NCBI GenBank assembly: GCA_038523235.1
Contig: JBCBJQ010000012.1
Coordinates: 1 to 64,000, forward strand
DNA from: Cyanobacteria bacterium J06626_4
GTDB lineage: Bacteria; Cyanobacteriota; Cyanobacteriia; Phormidesmidales; Phormidesmidaceae
DNA: 64,000 nt
Direction: 5' to 3'
The position numbers were made by a program, and so were the translations under genes. The notes below the pieces were generated by a model, which was not told the DNA's origin, ran no database searches, and worked only from the letters and a program-made list of their open reading frames with translations. Numbering within the stretch: the stretch's first letter is position 1; every line of letters starts with the position of its first letter. Below are positions 62,301 to 64,000 of this stretch, one piece after another.

Positions 62301-64000
62301 GAATGGGGCGACCTTAACCCTCGAACGTGACGCGGGTGCTAACAACGAAGATGTGTTTGGCAACAGCGGCACTTTAGGGGCACTGACCGAAGGTAATACA
62401 GTCACGGTAGATGGCACGGCGATCGCTACTGTCACTACCAACAGCGATGGCACCCTCACCCTCACCTTCAACAACAACGCCACAAGTGCTCTCGTCACTG
62501 AGGCGCTGCAGCAAATCACCTACAGCAACACCAGTGAAGATCCTCCAGCCTCAGTCGACATTGCCTACACGCTGAACGATGGGAACACAGGTGCTCAAGG
62601 CAGCGGTGGGGCATTAACCGCGATCGGCAGCGTCACCGTCGATATTGAAGCAGTCAACGATGCGCCCGTGGCCACCGATGATGGCCCCGTCGCAGTGACT
62701 GAAGACACCGAGTTTACCGGCAGCGTCATTACCGGGCTCGGCGAGGACACCGATGTCGATAGCGACACCCTGACCGTTCAGTCCGCGACGGTGGATATCA
62801 ACGGCGACGGCAATCAGCAAACCTTGCCCATCGGTGCCGCGACTGCCCTGAAAGACAACAACGGTGACCCCATTGGCACCCTGACGCTGAATACAGACGG
62901 CACCTTCACCTTTGACCCCGCCGATAACTACGTCGGCCCGGTACCGGCAGTCAGCTACATCATCACCGATGGCGAACTGACCGACGATGCTGTGCTCACC
63001 TTTAGCGATGTGACACCGGTCAACGACGCGCCAGTAGCGGTGGACGATGGCCCGGTCGATGTGACCGAAGACACACCGGTGAACGGCAGCGTCATTACCG
63101 GTCTGGGTGACGACACCGACATCGATGGCGACAATCTGACAGTTGAGTCGGCCACAGTCGATATCAATGGCGACGGCAACCAACAGCAGCTCACCATCGG
63201 TGCCGCAACTGCCCTGAAAGACAATAACGGTGACCCCATTGGCACCCTGGCACTCAATCAGGACGGTACCTTCACCTTTGACCCCGCTGATAACTACGTC
63301 GGGCCCATCCCATCGGTGACCTACACCATCACCGATGGTGAACTGACCGATGAGGCCGTGCTCACTTTCAACCCAGTGAGTCCGGTGAACGATGCCCCAG
63401 AGGCTACCAACGATGGCCCCGTCACAGTAACTGAAGATACCGAAGCTACCGGCAGCGTCATTACCGGGCTGGGCGATGACACTGATGTCGATGGCGACAC
63501 CCTGACAGTCGAATCCGCCACGGTGGATATCAATGGCGATGGCAACCAACAGCCGCTCACTATCGGCACCGCGACGCCTTTGACAGCCAACAACGGTGAC
63601 CCCATTGGCACACTGACGCTGAATGCCAACGGCACCTTCACCTTTGACCCTGCCGACAACTATATCGGCCCGGTGCCCCAGGTGAACTACACCATCACCG
63701 ATGGCGTCGAAACCGACGACGCCGTGCTTACCTTCAGCAACGTCACGCCGGTGAATGATGCACCAGTAGCGGTGAACGATGGCCCGGTCGATGTCACCGA
63801 AGATACCGAAGCCACTGGCAACGTCATCATCGGCCTAGGGGATGATACCGATATCGATGGCGACACCCTCACCGTGATCGCAGCAACAGTAGACATCAAT
63901 GGCGATGGTTCCCAGCAACCACTGACCATTAATACCTCTACCACTTTGACCAACGGCGGTCAGATCATTGGAGCGCTTCAGCTTAACGCAGACGGCACCT
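56395..64000 (+). CDS. Giant secreted/surface protein: DUF4347 + cadherin-like/CSPG/Ig-like repeats (partial, >2500 aa, runs off window)
   Basis: ATG 56395 reads MSQYALSTGIKILFVDSSI...IHILTHGSPG.LQLG...IYGCNVAAG...LGGNWDL, then many (V/N)NDAP-delimited repeats. The same frame is coding at the window end (QIIGALQLNADGT). Absent from the ORF track, consistent with no stop before the window edge. Confidence 0.92.
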   Translation, partial: MSQYALSTGIKILFVDSSIHGYQDLTAGLRSEYQWHLIDAAHDGIEHITQTLSQHYSADRIQEIHILTHGSPGCLQLGHAQLSLETLDTYSQSLQQWFATAGSADAPQLVIYGCNVAAGDAGAEFVERLHHLTGAEIAASSTLVGSAALGGNWDLDYSTDRAAAGMPIRSEVLAAYAGVLVNPPTITDAATAVRATAEETALTITDITIDDSEASDTQTVTLSVAQGIITLASTANLTGLTGDGTGAVSFSGTLTDINNAINGMSYTPATDFSGDDSLSITVNDGDQTATSAIALGVTPDNDTPAIAPTSLSVLEGNSGAFAAVNFGIEDVDNEDVQIIVKIASRPGKGTLKFDGNFLVPGSTFSYDQIDKLEYFHDGTQTTDTGGTEDSFTVTVDDGAGGTIAETTIPITITPVNQLPTATGKNTLFEGQADYAVTIAISDPDQTAANYTIELASLPEDGVLKFNGTAVTKGQTFSSADLTKFTYSHDGNDEGFGNPPPDSFDIIVTDDGGGTGTPGSTTATIDLNIKPNNDDPILVNNNGLSINTDTGLTKVITAADLSVSDPDSATTQLTYTLTTAPDPTLGKLEVFNGSVWQSIGVGVGFTQDDLDSNRVRYTFHKDSGGDESFTDSFQFQVRDGEIREYPSEREGGIWNADGSDLETLTFTINTVVPPNGSGGAGGTQNPEVTSNTPPVTDINVGIAGVDEGSVTTIDATLLRSTDTDNLPSEIVYRITSLPTSGSIQLKGTALGLFSSFTQDDVDNDRVTFKHAGGEDFIDNFGFTVSDGTNVTFEETFTIDVTPINDAPTIAAQGSPFLKEGDSLIIDETYISLGDVDGSGEKKNTTEFSTVNDLTFKVTDLPDNGTLQVDQGSGFEDVTTSTIITQAQLNDDKLRYVHGGEEQFADSFVVQANDNTTAANNLSNQATINLTIASLNDDPSEVSTQSLKVDEAGTGTIRGEDGQANGEPYILYTDPDNSTIQRQYRITDATDHGTLFLNGKALSVGSVFTQADLDSDRITYTHDGSEDHLDGFSFTVSDGGGAAVPGSYVINIDPANSTPELKVPDEQTFDTDAPLTFNAANNNRITVDDIDLETLTTPGETDVLRVTVDLQAGGATYTNSTLTLGSTTDLTVTGNNGVQGGTVTFEGTKDAVQAALDGLQVQVPTDEDRELSLVVTVNDLNNGGPDPDPAPAGYTTTVTETIKLFTSNDNDAPVVDAPTAVTVTEDIAFGFADGNTIKITDVDAFNSTSNTVTLEVNEGTITVGNPALITGGANGSDTVTLTGSLDDINAAIANLTYKGDKNFNGSDTLTITANDQGNTGLDNKNASEPQEVFETVAITLEPANDAPTLEAPDAIQTITETNPKVFSTGNKNAITIDDLADAPPFGTDDFTVTVKATNEADGLAYGTLTATTGTGATITGQGSDTLTLSGTKTQINDALDGLSYTPDTYNSETTVNLAVVVNDKANGGPGALTATDDITLQVSSINDAPVVTNPNTVVATEDQVFSFTGADKLFIDDPDDFGNPMTVTLAVGKGDLTLGTTTGLTFDAGSNGSEAMTITGTEADLNAALATLTYKGDQDFNGADALSFKVNDLGNTGSGPDGIVDDTISITVNPVNDAPTRNGGRNVDFDTNEDDTPAGTTVEDLFLSKFVDVADDVTGGSTANDFAGIAIYRNNANLTTQGKWQWSDDGNTWNDLATNVSNAAAVVLPPTAKLRFLPNADFNGQPGDLRLRLIDSSQGTVTAGAVTDVRTNGGITRYSNNDNDLRLRTDVIAINDAPIATGASTLTAVDEDATNPPGDTVTNLFTDRFNDATDTVPDGSTANGLAGVAVVGNAATTEGTWQYFDGTAWQAVGNPSDTNALLVGATDRFRFVPSANYNGPVPALTVHLIDDSAGAVTTGDTVDLSGVGAIGATTPYSSATVPLTSQINPVNDTPGLNALGGTVDFTENETPVVLDDDASVEDLELDAIDDWNGATLTLERDAGANNEDVFGNSGTLGALTEGNTVTVDGTAIATVTTNSDGTLTLTFNNNATSALVTEALQQITYSNTSEDPPASVDIAYTLNDGNTGAQGSGGALTAIGSVTVDIEAVNDAPVATDDGPVAVTEDTEFTGSVITGLGEDTDVDSDTLTVQSATVDINGDGNQQTLPIGAATALKDNNGDPIGTLTLNTDGTFTFDPADNYVGPVPAVSYIITDGELTDDAVLTFSDVTPVNDAPVAVDDGPVDVTEDTPVNGSVITGLGDDTDIDGDNLTVESATVDINGDGNQQQLTIGAATALKDNNGDPIGTLALNQDGTFTFDPADNYVGPIPSVTYTITDGELTDEAVLTFNPVSPVNDAPEATNDGPVTVTEDTEATGSVITGLGDDTDVDGDTLTVESATVDINGDGNQQPLTIGTATPLTANNGDPIGTLTLNANGTFTFDPADNYIGPVPQVNYTITDGVETDDAVLTFSNVTPVNDAPVAVNDGPVDVTEDTEATGNVIIGLGDDTDIDGDTLTVIAATVDINGDGSQQPLTINTSTTLTNGGQIIGALQLNADGT
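62653..64000 (+). repeat. 366-bp (122-aa) intragenic tandem repeats, at least 3.7 copies
   Basis: Units begin at 62653, 63019, 63385 and 63751 (VNDAP.A..DGPV.VTEDT...VDINGDG.QQ). Confidence 0.93.

Larger units (their letters stand above)
1..64000. repeat. HIP1 (GCGATCGC) highly iterated palindrome throughout the window
   Basis: Dozens of occurrences in both coding and intergenic DNA. Confidence 0.95.

Noticed and set aside
57103..63953. Many minus-strand ORFs (up to 311 aa) and short + strand ORFs
   Set aside because: Shadows of the giant frame-1 gene caused by its biased codon usage.
62653..64000. Possible CRISPR or satellite array
   Set aside because: Units are 366 bp, in frame and protein-coding, with no repeat-spacer structure. 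No CRISPR array or cas gene was seen anywhere in the window.

Overview
Chromosomal window of a cyanobacterium: the HIP1 octamer GCGATCGC is abundant and the gene content is cyanobacterial; a Leptolyngbya/Nodosilinea-like lineage is a guess. Most of it is housekeeping: lepA, tyrA, dnaG, ftsI, ilvB, rph, def, cysC, purM and rlpA. Several signals are absent from the ORF track. (1) A ykkC/guanidine-I riboswitch with terminator and an upstream NtcA-type site, whose target gene appears cut off after about 4 codons by an IS701-family element. (2) A ~175-nt rod-shaped RNA resembling a divergent 6S RNA, outside the usual purK context. (3) A TetR operator pair repeated at the TetR locus and again at a P450 gene 10 kb away, defining a putative efflux/detox regulon. 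(4) An adk-ferredoxin-thioredoxin-Zn-ribbon-CBS/CP12 cluster, divergent from a recombinase-domain gene that lacks the catalytic domain. (5) A >2500-aa DUF4347/cadherin-like protein running off the right edge. (6) Several MITE/REP-like and dispersed repeats. All family assignments come from motif recognition by eye; no database searches were run.
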